64,000 bases of DNA from Dehalococcoidia bacterium (GCA_965197645.1 OZ240219.1:1024001-1088000), one strand, 5' to 3'. Numbered from the stretch's first letter, positions 48,504-58,105 are shown. The notes: generated by a model from the letters alone, not told the origin. Translations and numbers: made by a program.

Positions 48504-48810
48504 ATCTGAGGGACACCCCTTCGGCGGGCTCAGGGCAGGCCCTCAGACTCCCAGCAAAGGGGCTTCGCCCCTCTGCACATCCCGTAGCACGAACTTTCCC
48601 TCACTCGCAACGACCTCGGTTGTTCGACTGAGTACGTATTCTCGTCATTGCGAGCCACGACAATGTCGGGGCGTGGCAATCCAGCGAGGACGGTTAGGGC
48701 CGTCTTTCAATAGGAATAGGCTTTGTTCCTAGCGAGCGGGGCCTGGGTTGATGGAAGGGTGCCTCCAAGGTGGTTCTTCCCTCCCACCCCGGATTGCATC
48801 CGACGGCGTC
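48504..48810. repeat. Composite palindromic repeat cluster
   Basis: CTGAGGGACAC[24-nt insert]CCTCAG..GGGGCTTCGCCCCTCTGCACA (48506..48579); 48589..48681 is an inverted copy of 25935..26027. Confidence 0.82.
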
Positions 48811-48875
48811 CCACTCCTGAGCCTGTTTGCCATCGAGTACCTTGGATTGGCAGAGGGACGTATCCGGTGGCCTAG

Positions 48876-49957
48876 CTAATCAACAAACACCGATAACTCG
48901 ACGAGTCGCTCACTCAGCCACACCTCTCCCGTATCTCGCCAGATGATAACGGTGTAGACTCCGGGTCTTCGCACGAACTTACTCACGTCTGCGGATAACC
49001 TGAAACCACTATTAGTCTCAATCCAGGTATCGGCTACAACATCATTATGGTCTAGATCTGTGTAGTAGCGATTAGCGCCCGGCGGTTTGAGCATGTCTAC
49101 GACTGACTCGCCACACCTTGTCGTTTGTCCACCTCCGACACAGTAACTGTCGAGGGCGTCTATCTGTTTGACGGACATCCGTACAGGTGTCGGGTCGTAG
49201 TAAAGACTCACCACCTGGCCAATGTCGATATCTGGCTCCCGCTTCTGTAATCTCATTGCGAGAACTCCGTCCCGAGTGAGGATCGGTCTCGATAGAGCGG
49301 TGACCGCTCCTCCCTCGAAGTGCTGTACGAACGCCACCCTCTTCTTGTTCCAAAAAATGCCTATATTGACCCGCCTATGACTCTCCGTAAGTATGTTGTC
49401 CCGATGACCCCAATCCGCGTGGGCGTCGTCATACATCATTGACCACTGATGCTGGGTTACCGCCTCTAGTGGGTCGGGTCTATCACACCTTACTAGCCAA
49501 GAATCGCAATCTTGGTTCTCCCATTCTCGGTCGGTCCAGCCGCGAAACGACGCATTCTCACTTACGTAGCTAGTACCGCCAGTCTGTGTGTAGACCGCCC
49601 CATATATGGCTTGCGCCCATCCATCCACCAGTGTCCCAGGTAGCCATGCGCAACCATTTCTTGAGCATGCAATTGGGCGGCTGGGTTGGAACCCAGTGAA
49701 ACTGGCGGAAAGCCGTACTTTGCCCTATCGGCGTTAATCAAGTTAAGGGCATGTTTTCTCAAGCACGTCAGACTTGCATTGCATGGAAGTGGGGTTGGTG
49801 AGGGTGAGGAGGTGGGCTCGGGCGTGAGTGAAGAATTTGGCGCGGGCGTTGCCCTCACATTTGGGGTCTCGGGAGATTCGGTATCAGGGGTGGCCGCATC
49901 GATGACAACTGAGATCCCTACCAAAATAACCAGGCCAATTACAATCTTTTTTGCCAT
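48876..49957 (-). pseudogene. CAP (SCP/PR-1) domain secreted protein, frameshifted near 49600
   Basis: Frame 1: signal helix, PT linker, LNLINADR..AAQLHAQEM..GH..DGRKPYM; frame 2 continues VYTQTGGTSYVSEN..WGHRDNIL..VNIGI..VQHF. Confidence 0.8.
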
Positions 49958-50029
49958 CTCCTCATGACTCTTCTCCCGGTAAGATCCATGCCAGCCCTAT
50001 CCGCCCACCGCGGATTTCATCTAGCGGCT

Positions 50030-50133
50030 CCCCGCCCCTGGGAAAAGGGGAAGAAAAGTATCTAAGGGACACCCCTTCGGCGGGCTCAGGGCAGGCTTTC
50101 AGACTCCCGGCAAAGGGTCTTCGCCCCTCTCCA
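50030..50133. repeat. Second copy of the repeat arm with the same 24-nt nested insert
   Basis: TCTAAGGGACAC CCCTTCGGCGGGCTCAGGGCAGGC TTTCAGACTCCCGGCAAAGGGTCTTCGCCCCTCT. Confidence 0.82.
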
Positions 50134-50204
50134 CTCTCCACAACTCATCGCCGTTACTAGAGGTGGCTATGAAGGGGCAGATAGTTGCTGACAGACGCTG
50201 CCGC

Positions 50205-51125
50205 CTATCCCTTGGCGGAGGATTCCACTCTGCCTCGTTTAACAGCTTGGCCCACAACGTCCATTCCCACCAGCTCGCTCCAGGCGGCCAGCAGCTGTTG
50301 GGTGACCGGCCCGGGAATATCCTCCGATACCGTCCGGCTGTCCACCCTGCCCACCGGCAGGATGCTGTAGGGTGTGCTGGAGAGGAAAACCTCGTCCGCG
50401 GTGTATGCGTCGTAGGGTTGCAGTGCGTCCTCGACGGCCGGAATCCCCAGCTGCTCGGCAAGCTCGAAGATTACCTTGCGTGAGACCCCTTGAAGAAGGG
50501 AGCTGTCTCCCGCCGTCCTCAGCGTACCGTCGGTCACGATGAAGAAGTTGTACCCGATCCCCTCGGTGATGTTTCCCTGTACATCCAGCAGCACCGGAAA
50601 CGCGTTGACATCTACGTCCTGGGCCTCCAGCTCGGCCAGTACGAAGTTGAGTCGACTGTAGTGTTTCACCTTGGGGTCCAGCGCCTCGGAGGAGTAGCTT
50701 CGGACCTTGGGTATGACGGCGTGAGCCCCCTCAGTGTAGAGCGGGCCGTAGCGGGGAAAATCGATGGGGTCGATCCAGATCGCCACGTTGGCCTTCATAT
50801 CTCCGTGTCCCAGGGCAGCTTCACCCCGGGTCACGAACTGGGTGATCATGTAGTCGTTGCCCGGCTCCCGGACAGACTCGTTCCTCTGCACTACATCCAG
50901 CGTCAGCTCCTCCAGCTCTTCGAGGGAGTAGCCGGGGTCCATCCGGGTGTAGGTAAGGGACCGAAACAAGCGGTCCAGATGGTCTCTGAGGCGAAACACG
51001 GTGCCGTTGAAGGTACGAGAGGTATCGAACACCACGTCACCCAGACGCAGTCCCCTGTCCTGGAGGCCAACCTTTGCCTCGCTGGCCGGTACGAATTCGC
51101 CGTTCAACCAAACGGTGTACTCCAT
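50205..51125 (-). CDS. Class IV PLP aminotransferase (branched-chain/D-amino acid type)
   Basis: WLNGEFV, DRGLRLGD, HLDRL, KVKHYSR, EGIGYNFF, LQGVSR, ADEVFL. Confidence 0.92.
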   Translation of the reverse strand: MEYTVWLNGEFVPASEAKVGLQDRGLRLGDVVFDTSRTFNGTVFRLRDHLDRLFRSLTYTRMDPGYSLEELEELTLDVVQRNESVREPGNDYMITQFVTRGEAALGHGDMKANVAIWIDPIDFPRYGPLYTEGAHAVIPKVRSYSSEALDPKVKHYSRLNFVLAELEAQDVDVNAFPVLLDVQGNITEGIGYNFFIVTDGTLRTAGDSSLLQGVSRKVIFELAEQLGIPAVEDALQPYDAYTADEVFLSSTPYSILPVGRVDSRTVSEDIPGPVTQQLLAAWSELVGMDVVGQAVKRGRVESSAKG

Positions 51126-51140
51126 CGTCTTCTCCCTTCT

Positions 51141-51983
51141 CTAGCTGGCTCTAGAGACCAACTCCCTGACGTGCACTATGTACTGACCTATCTTCTTGGC
51201 GTCGTCGGCCTCCTTGTTGAACTCCAAGTAGGTTTCCAGATCGGCTAACGAGTTCTCGTAGTCCTTCAGCTGGTAGTGTATCTTGCCCCGGTCCCTGATC
51301 TCGTCCACGTCCCAAGGGCTGACGGCCAGCAGCATCTCCACCGCCGAAAGGGCGAATCCATACTCCGAGCCGTTCAGATACGCTCCCTTGAGGTTGGTGA
51401 GCACCCTTCGCAGAGTCTGCTTCTTCGTAATCGCCGATAGGTAGTGTTCCCGGAACGGCGCCTGCCCGCCCGATAGCACCCGCAGCCGGTTGGCGCAGTC
51501 CTCGCGGGTCAGCACCAGTCCTTTGCTGAACGGGTCTACGATAATCTCCTCTTGCTCGCTCTGGTACTTGACCAGGAAGTGCCCGGGGAATCCCACCCCC
51601 GACATGGGAAGCCCGGCGTTGGCGGCTACCTCCAGGTAAAGGATAGATAGCGTAATCGGGATGCCCTTTCTTCGGTCTATCACCTCGTTTAGGAAGCTGT
51701 TTCGAGGATCGTAGTAGTCGTCCTCATTGCCCGCGAACCTCTCGCCATTGAACAGGTGGTTGTTGATCGCCTCGATCGCCTCCTTGGGCGCCGGAGAATC
51801 TCCGAGTCGTAACCGGACAACGTTGGCCATTAGCTTCATCCGGTTGAGGTACTTCTCCACGGGCAGGTCTGGACAGTATTCACGGGCGATGAGCAACGCC
51901 GCGGCCGCCAGGTTCATCTCGTCTTCGCGACGGGATGCCATTTCCCGAAAGGTGGTCTTGTAAGGGGCCGATTCCTGGTCCAT
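51141..51983 (-). CDS. SirB1/transglutaminase-like protein with TPR
   Basis: FAGNEDDYYDPRNSFL, RRKGIPITLS, GFPGHFLV, VDPF, EIRDRG. Confidence 0.9.
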   Translation of the reverse strand: MDQESAPYKTTFREMASRREDEMNLAAAALLIAREYCPDLPVEKYLNRMKLMANVVRLRLGDSPAPKEAIEAINNHLFNGERFAGNEDDYYDPRNSFLNEVIDRRKGIPITLSILYLEVAANAGLPMSGVGFPGHFLVKYQSEQEEIIVDPFSKGLVLTREDCANRLRVLSGGQAPFREHYLSAITKKQTLRRVLTNLKGAYLNGSEYGFALSAVEMLLAVSPWDVDEIRDRGKIHYQLKDYENSLADLETYLEFNKEADDAKKIGQYIVHVRELVSRAS

Positions 51984-52079
51984 CGTCTGAAGTACACCCA
52001 GTGTAGCAGTGAACCTCGAAGGCTAGCAAATGGGATAGACCGCAGTTACAATATCGCCACCACTTCGAGGGAGACAGCC

Positions 52080-53081
52080 ATGGCAAAGCCAAAGGTATAC
52101 GTGACTCGACTCATCGCCGATGAAGCCCTGGACGTTGTTAGAGAAGCCACCGACATGAAGCTTCACGACAGCGATCTTCCGCCCTCGCGGGACGTGCTGC
52201 TGCGAGAGGTGCAGGGCATGGACGGGCTGCTCTGTCTCTTGACCGAGCGGATAGACGCCGAGGTCATGGACGCCGCTCCCACCATCAAGGTGATCAGCAA
52301 CATGGCAGTGGGCTTTGACAACATCAGCCTGGACGAGGCCACCAAGCGGGGCATTCCCGTCGGCAACACGCCCGGCGTGCTCACCGAGACCACGGCGGAC
52401 TTCGCCTTCGCCCTGCTGATGTCGGCGGGCCGGCGCGTCGCCGAGGGTGATCGATACACCCGTACCGGCAAGTGGCTTACCTGGGGTCCCAAGGTACTTC
52501 TTGGGCAAGACATCCACGGCGCAACCCTGGGCATCGTGGGGATGGGACGCATAGGGATCGAGATGGCCAAGCGGGCCCAGGGCTTCCATATGAATGTGAT
52601 CTACTACGATGCCGTAGTCAGAAATGAGGACGCCGAGCGAGAGTATGGCATCGAGTACTACCCAGACCTAGACCGTCTCCTGGCCGACTCCGATTTCGTC
52701 ACCCTACATGTCCCTCTAACCCCCGATACCAAGCACCTGATAGGCGCCGAAGAGCTGACGACTATGAAGTCGACGGCCACCCTGATCAACACTTCCAGGG
52801 GCCCGGTGGTGGATGGGGCCGCCCTTTACGAAGCGCTGAAGAACGGCGTCATAGCCTCGGCCGGCCTGGATGTCACCGAGGTGGAGCCCATACCCAACGA
52901 TGACCCGCTGCTGACCCTGGAAAACTGCATCATCGCGCCCCATATTGCCAGTGGCAGCGTGGCCACCCGCACGAAGATGGGAATGATGGCCGCCGACAAC
53001 CTGCTGGCCGGCCTACGAGGCGAGCAGCCGCCCAACTGCCCCAACCCGGAGGCTCTAGAGGTACGAAAAAGAGGTCGATGA
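52080..53081 (+). CDS. D-2-hydroxyacid dehydrogenase (glyoxylate reductase/D-glycerate dehydrogenase)
   Basis: AVGFDNI, NTPGVLTETTAD, GMGRIG, NTSRG, LDVTEVEP, PHIAS. Confidence 0.93.
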   Translation: MAKPKVYVTRLIADEALDVVREATDMKLHDSDLPPSRDVLLREVQGMDGLLCLLTERIDAEVMDAAPTIKVISNMAVGFDNISLDEATKRGIPVGNTPGVLTETTADFAFALLMSAGRRVAEGDRYTRTGKWLTWGPKVLLGQDIHGATLGIVGMGRIGIEMAKRAQGFHMNVIYYDAVVRNEDAEREYGIEYYPDLDRLLADSDFVTLHVPLTPDTKHLIGAEELTTMKSTATLINTSRGPVVDGAALYEALKNGVIASAGLDVTEVEPIPNDDPLLTLENCIIAPHIASGSVATRTKMGMMAADNLLAGLRGEQPPNCPNPEALEVRKRGR

Positions 53082-53371
53082 CGGGTTCCGGCGTTCCTCT
53101 CTCCTCCCCTCGGTGACTGCTCGATGGGTCCTTTTTGTGGGAGTGTCTCTCCTGCCGGCCACAGCGAAAGTTGGCGGCGCCAGAGTCCGCCCTGCCCGCT
53201 GAGCTAGTCCCTATGCTTGTCGGTGTAACATAACAAGCGGTACAACTATCAGGGGTAGGTCAGTACTAGAAGCGTCAAATGAGCCTGCTGGAAGGATGCC
53301 CACGGCATAGTCGTGCGGTATAAGATTTCAGCGGATTCTAGATGCCTTCCATAGGACTGAGGAACTTTCTC

Positions 53372-54043
53372 ATGGCGCGCCATGATTATATATTTGTCGA
53401 CGAGTCCGGTGATCCGGCATTCAAGGTAGACCCGAGCAGTCATCAACCGCTCAGTAGCAATTTCTATACCGCCGCTGCTCTGCATTTGTGCGATGATTCC
53501 TTTCGAGACCTGAACAAGCACATGGCGGCGTTCAGGTACTACTCGGGACTCAATCGCGAGTTGAAGATACCTTCTGAGAAGGAGGAGTACACCCGACTTT
53601 TGGATCCGATTCGAGCCTTGTCAGAGGCAGGCAGAAACATCTGGGCCTCTGTCGTTTATCTCGATAAGCTGAAATACAACGGAAGCTACCTAAAGCCTGG
53701 GGGGAAGAGGCCGGTCAATCCGGTCAAATTCCGCAATTACATACTACGGCGTCTACTGGAACACCACTTTCAAAAGTACAGCCTGCAGTCTAGTCAATAC
53801 GATTTGGTTCTCGACCGCATCGACTTGTCCAGAGAGGAATCAGAGAACCTGAGACAATACATCTCGGGAAACCGGAGTATTCCTACACCTACCCACATCA
53901 CTCACGCTTCATCCATATACGTGGAGGGGTTACAGATCGTTCATCATATTGCGAACGGTTACAAGGCCGCGGCGACTGGCAGGCCTGTGCCAATTGAACT
54001 ATCGTTTGTTAACCCGCGGGACTTGACTACTATTGGTCGGTAA
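53372..54043 (+). CDS. DUF3800 domain protein (RNase H-like fold)
   Basis: YIFVDESGD, ELK, LVLD, SS..EGLQIV (canonical QxAD appears as QIVH); GAGG before ATG 53372; AT-richer than flanks. Confidence 0.78.
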   Translation: MARHDYIFVDESGDPAFKVDPSSHQPLSSNFYTAAALHLCDDSFRDLNKHMAAFRYYSGLNRELKIPSEKEEYTRLLDPIRALSEAGRNIWASVVYLDKLKYNGSYLKPGGKRPVNPVKFRNYILRRLLEHHFQKYSLQSSQYDLVLDRIDLSREESENLRQYISGNRSIPTPTHITHASSIYVEGLQIVHHIANGYKAAATGRPVPIELSFVNPRDLTTIGR

Positions 54044-54050
54044 GTGACTT

Positions 54051-54097
54051 GTGGGCTAGGCCGGGCCCCCTTGTTTCGGGAGGCCCGCCTAGCCCAC
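54051..54097. ncRNA. Candidate structured RNA 3' of the DUF3800 gene
   Basis: GTGGGCTAGG/CCTAGCCCAC plus CGGGCC/GGCCCG plus CCC/GGG stem, 19 bp with two bulges; no U-tract on either side. Confidence 0.4.
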
Positions 54098-54219
54098 GTA
54101 TTAGCAGGTGAAGCCGACAACGGATCTTTGTGCCCTTGCATTTTGGCAAGTACTTGACCGGATGTCAACCGTCATTCTGAACGAGATCACCTCCTTAATC
54201 TCAGGACATATGGTACATC

Positions 54220-55038
54220 CTACCTGAGGCCCTCACCCTCAAAGGTTCCCCTTCCCAGAGGGGCATAACCCAACATGAACATTGCCGACTGCACAGCCAG
54301 AAGACGGCTCTCGGCTGGTACGTGGGTGAAGTCCCCGCCGGAGGTCGTCAGAGCACCTAGCAGCCACGCCGATTTAAGACACGAGTCAGCATACCTGCGT
54401 GTCTGCCCGCTCCTCAGGACGGGGAAGTTATAAGGGTTGCGATCGACCCGGCGTACCTGAGACTCCGGCACGCCTAAGCGCAGGATCTCCGGCACCTGTG
54501 CGCACGATGCCTCCTCAGCGTATATGTGTATAGATGACGTTAGGGCGCATGCGACCCGACTGTCGTAGATGGGAAGGTCATCGACGAGCAGGGTGTATAT
54601 CTTCGAGTAGCTTGCCGACATGTGGGTCACCTCACCAAGACGCAGGGTGTCGGCTGTCCTGGGGGACAGGAGACTCGCCTGTCTCAGGGTATCGGCCATG
54701 CTTGGGAGTCGAGACGGAGGGGTATTGCCCCACTTTAGAATACTGACGCACACATCCCGGAACCTACGCCACTCCTCGGCTAATGCATACTCACGTATGC
54801 ACGAACGAAGGAGGTCCAGATATCGTTCCGTGTGGTCGAACCCTCCCATCTGCACCCCCTCCACGCTAAAACTCCAGTAGTAGCACGAGAACGCATCAAA
54901 CACGGAGGTGAACCGATAGTCTCCGAGCCGATCGCTGTGCCAGGAGTGGGTGATCTCTCGTTCTCCCGACACCAGCTCTGACATCCACATTAGATACCCA
55001 CTGACGTACGGATCGGCCAGGAACTCATCTCTCTGCAT
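54220..55038 (-). CDS. Hypothetical protein, possible HhH/OGG-fold DNA glycosylase-like
   Basis: 272 aa; SILKWG, MSASYSKIY, PIYDSRVACAL, SAMFMLGY. Confidence 0.6.
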   Translation of the reverse strand: MQRDEFLADPYVSGYLMWMSELVSGEREITHSWHSDRLGDYRFTSVFDAFSCYYWSFSVEGVQMGGFDHTERYLDLLRSCIREYALAEEWRRFRDVCVSILKWGNTPPSRLPSMADTLRQASLLSPRTADTLRLGEVTHMSASYSKIYTLLVDDLPIYDSRVACALTSSIHIYAEEASCAQVPEILRLGVPESQVRRVDRNPYNFPVLRSGQTRRYADSCLKSAWLLGALTTSGGDFTHVPAESRLLAVQSAMFMLGYAPLGRGTFEGEGLR

Positions 55039-55307
55039 GAAAGACCCCCGACGTGTTCTCTCGCCAGGGCTGGCGGAAATCGATCAGTTCGTCTTGAACG
55101 ATGGGATCCGCCATCTGTAGCCTCCTTGGGGCGTGGGTTAGGCTTTTTGCCACAGTCGCCGGAGTCCCATAGGTAAGCCTCGCAAGGGGGGCACGAAGCC
55201 CATCTACACCAGACTTACGCATGGTTTCAGCGACCCGGTCCGGAGCTGTGCCGAGGATACTTTACCCCCGACCGGTACTCTCGTCAAAACTAGAGTGGAG
55301 AATTGAG

Positions 55308-55341
55308 GAACCCCCCTGCTGTGTACTAAGCAGGGGGGTTC
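55308..55341. repeat. Perfect 13-bp inverted repeat
   Basis: GAACCCCCCTGCT-8 nt-AGCAGGGGGGTTC. Confidence 0.7.
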
Positions 55342-55444
55342 TTAGGTCCAGAACAGTCGCAGAATCTTTAGTGCGAATCAAACTAACGCACTACCAGAGA
55401 TTTTCTGAGGCACACCCCGGGCTTCATCAATCTGGCAGTGCCTG

Positions 55445-55473
55445 TTGCGGGCGCGGGCCTCCCGGTCTATAAT
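55445..55473 (+). promoter_or_regulatory. Putative sigma70 promoter of the btu operon
   Basis: TTGCGG-17 nt-TATAAT just upstream of the riboswitch. Confidence 0.6.
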
Positions 55474-55507
55474 CGTCGAGTTCGCAGCTTAACAACGGAA
55501 CACAGCA

Positions 55508-55664
55508 CTCCAGGCACTATCGGAGTTTAATAGGGAAGGCGGTGAGATGCCGCCGCGGTAGCGCCACTGTAATCGGGGAGCTCCTCGACAAGTACGTCAC
55601 TGTTCTGTGGGATGGGAAGGCGTCGATGGAGCGATGATCCGTAAGCCAGGAGACCTGCCTGGAG
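55508..55664 (+). ncRNA. Cobalamin riboswitch
   Basis: AATAGGGAA..GGTG, GCCACTG, CACTG..GGGAAGG, B12 box AGCCAGGAGACCTGCC; P1 CTCCAGGCA/TGCCTGGAG; upstream of a btu-like transporter. Confidence 0.93.
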
Positions 55665-55734
55665 AGTCGGAGCTTTACTCTGCGCCATACAGGAACGCTC
55701 CACGCCCCCGGCACCGGAAGCCGGTAAGGCTTTC

Positions 55735-55770
55735 AAGCCCTGGTCAGAGTAGAGCCAGGGCTTTTTTGTT
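55735..55770 (+). terminator. Intrinsic terminator (riboswitch expression platform)
   Basis: AAGCCCTGG/CCAGGGCTT stem followed by TTTTTTGTT. Confidence 0.8.
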
Positions 55771-55829
55771 GCCCGAACCGCCGATGCCGGTTCCGTAGCA
55801 AGACGAATACACGGAAGGACGCACGAACT

Positions 55830-56927
55830 ATGTCTTCGAAGTCTTGCCGCTTGAGTCCCTTAGCAGTGGTTGGGGTGTTTCTGCTTGCCGCGGTGATGGT
55901 AATCGCAGCCGCCTGTGGCGAATCGACGCCAACGCCGGATCCCACGGCAGCATCGACGCCCCAACCAACGGTAACATCCACTCCCGATCCGATCGCTACA
56001 CCCAGCCCCGAGCCAACCGCGGTATCTACCCCCGAGCCAACCCCTACGCCCGTTCTCTCCCAGTATCCGCTGGAGGTCACCGGCTCCGACGGTCAATCGG
56101 TGACGCTGGAAGAAGCTCCGGAGCGGATCGTGGCTATAGATGGAGCGACGGTGGAGATACTCTTCGCTATCGGAGAGGAGCATCGCATCGTAGGCACCCA
56201 CGAATTCGTGACCTACCCGCCGGAGGTTGAGGAGATCGAGAAGGTCGGCAGCGCCTTCGCCCTTGATTTCGAGAAGATAGCATCGTTGGACCCGGACCTG
56301 ATCTTCATCTTCTTTGCCAGCCCGGCCGAGGACCTGAGGCGGTTGGGGGCGCCGGTTATCTATCAGGATAGCCCCGGGACTCTACAGGGCGTGGCGGACC
56401 AGATCAGGCTGTGGGGCGAAATAGTGGACGCCAGAGAGGAGGCGGAATCGGTCGCTGCGGAGTTCGAAGAGGCCGTGGCCGCCGTGGCCGCCCCTCTGGA
56501 AGGGATCATCGCCACGACACCCGTGATGGTCGTCGACCGCGCTACGGCCACCGATGTTGAAGGACCGAGGTCTCCTCCGAGAGTGTTCCACGATCTGGCC
56601 CCGGGCCTGTGGACCGCCGGTTCGGACACTCTGGAGGCCGAGATTTACGAAACCTTAAAGGCGTACAACATCTTCGAGGACGTATCAGGGTACCCGCAGA
56701 CCAGCGCTGAGGATCTGGTCGCCCGGGACCCAGAGGTAATAATCAGCGTGTACGAAGATGGGCCGGACTACTTCAGATCAGAGCCGGCGTTCCAGAATCT
56801 GTTTGCGGTCAGGAAGGACCAGCTGTACGCCATCGATGGGGCGTTGCTCAGCGTGGCGGGGCCCAGGATCATAGAGGGCCTGCAGACGTTGGCCCGCATC
56901 CTCTACCCGGACCTGTACCCTCAATAG
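55830..56927 (+). CDS. btuF: Cobalamin ABC transporter substrate-binding lipoprotein
   Basis: Lipobox AAAC, PT linker, PERIV..TVEILFAIG, EKIASLDPDLI, GPRIIEG; behind a B12 riboswitch. Confidence 0.85.
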   Translation: MSSKSCRLSPLAVVGVFLLAAVMVIAAACGESTPTPDPTAASTPQPTVTSTPDPIATPSPEPTAVSTPEPTPTPVLSQYPLEVTGSDGQSVTLEEAPERIVAIDGATVEILFAIGEEHRIVGTHEFVTYPPEVEEIEKVGSAFALDFEKIASLDPDLIFIFFASPAEDLRRLGAPVIYQDSPGTLQGVADQIRLWGEIVDAREEAESVAAEFEEAVAAVAAPLEGIIATTPVMVVDRATATDVEGPRSPPRVFHDLAPGLWTAGSDTLEAEIYETLKAYNIFEDVSGYPQTSAEDLVARDPEVIISVYEDGPDYFRSEPAFQNLFAVRKDQLYAIDGALLSVAGPRIIEGLQTLARILYPDLYPQ

Positions 56928-57007
56928 GGGCATGAAAGGCCGGCAAAGTGAACGTCGGAACTGGGCGGTTGCGCCGTTGCGGTTAGGTGCTCGAGGAGTA
57001 AGACGGG

Positions 57008-58105
57008 ATGGGACTTACGGAGCTAGATAGGTCCGGCCCCGGAATGGACCATGCCATCGAGGGGGTGCGGCTGCCCTCTATGAGCCGCCTGTGGCGGCGA
57101 ATCGGCATCGGCCTTGCGGCGGTCGTAGTCATCGCCATCGTAGCCGGAGGCATCGGATCGGTGAGCATTTCGCCGGGCAGCCTCGTGAAGATAACCCTCG
57201 ACCGGGCGCCGTTCATCGATCTGGAGCAAACGTGGCCGAGCAGCTGGGAGACCATTCTGTGGCAGATAAGGTTTCCCAGGGTCGTGCTGGCGGCATTGAT
57301 CGGGGGCGGGCTAGCGATGGCGGGAGCGACCTACCAGGGGCTGTTTCGCAACCCCCTGGCTGCTCCTTCTCTGATCGGAGTGTCGGGAGGGGCGGGGCTC
57401 GGCGCCACGATAGTGCTGGTAACCGGTGTTCCGGTATACTTCCTCGGCTTCAGCCTACTGCCGGCAGCCGCCTTCGCCGGAGCGCTGATGGCCGTCAGCG
57501 TGTCCTACGCCATAGCCAAACGACCCGGGGGCCTTCCCCTCACCACCTTGATACTGGCCGGTGTGGCCATCGCATCCATGACCAGCGCTATCACCAGCTT
57601 GTTGATGATCAGCTCGGACGAAGATGTCCGTCCCCTGCTGGCCTGGCTCTTGGGCGGTCTGTCCGGCGCCGGCTGGAGAGACGCCCAGATAATCCTGCCT
57701 TACTTACTCCTCGGCGTCATAGTTATGCTGGCCTACGGGCGCATCCTGAACCTCTTCCAGGTGGATGAACAGGAGGCGGCACAGCTGGGAGTGAATGTAG
57801 AGCGAACGAAGCTGGTGCTGGTGGTAGCCGCCTCGATGACAACGGCGGCCGCTGTATCGGTGGGTGGGCTGATCGGGTTCGTAGGACTGATATCGCCCCA
57901 CGCGGTTAGACTGATGTGGGGGCAGGACCACCGGATGTTGCTTCCCATGTCATTGATCGTCGGCGCGGGATTTCTCGTTGTGGCAGACCTGGTGGCCAGG
58001 ACTATCGTCAGTCCTACCGAGCTGCCGGTGGGGGTGGTCACCGCCTTCTGCGGAGGACCCTTTTTCCTGTACCTGCTGCGTCGGAGCCGGAGACTGGCCA
58101 TTTGA
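57008..58105 (+). CDS. btuC: FecCD/BtuC family permease
   Basis: IRFPRV, QGLFRNPLA, EAAQLGVNV, IGFVGL, ELPVG, GGPFFLYLL. Confidence 0.88.
   Translation: MGLTELDRSGPGMDHAIEGVRLPSMSRLWRRIGIGLAAVVVIAIVAGGIGSVSISPGSLVKITLDRAPFIDLEQTWPSSWETILWQIRFPRVVLAALIGGGLAMAGATYQGLFRNPLAAPSLIGVSGGAGLGATIVLVTGVPVYFLGFSLLPAAAFAGALMAVSVSYAIAKRPGGLPLTTLILAGVAIASMTSAITSLLMISSDEDVRPLLAWLLGGLSGAGWRDAQIILPYLLLGVIVMLAYGRILNLFQVDEQEAAQLGVNVERTKLVLVVAASMTTAAAVSVGGLIGFVGLISPHAVRLMWGQDHRMLLPMSLIVGAGFLVVADLVARTIVSPTELPVGVVTAFCGGPFFLYLLRRSRRLAI

Noticed and set aside
55920-56050. Pro/Thr low-complexity repeats in lipoproteins as DNA repeat elements
   Set aside because: Ordinary flexible linkers following lipobox cysteines.
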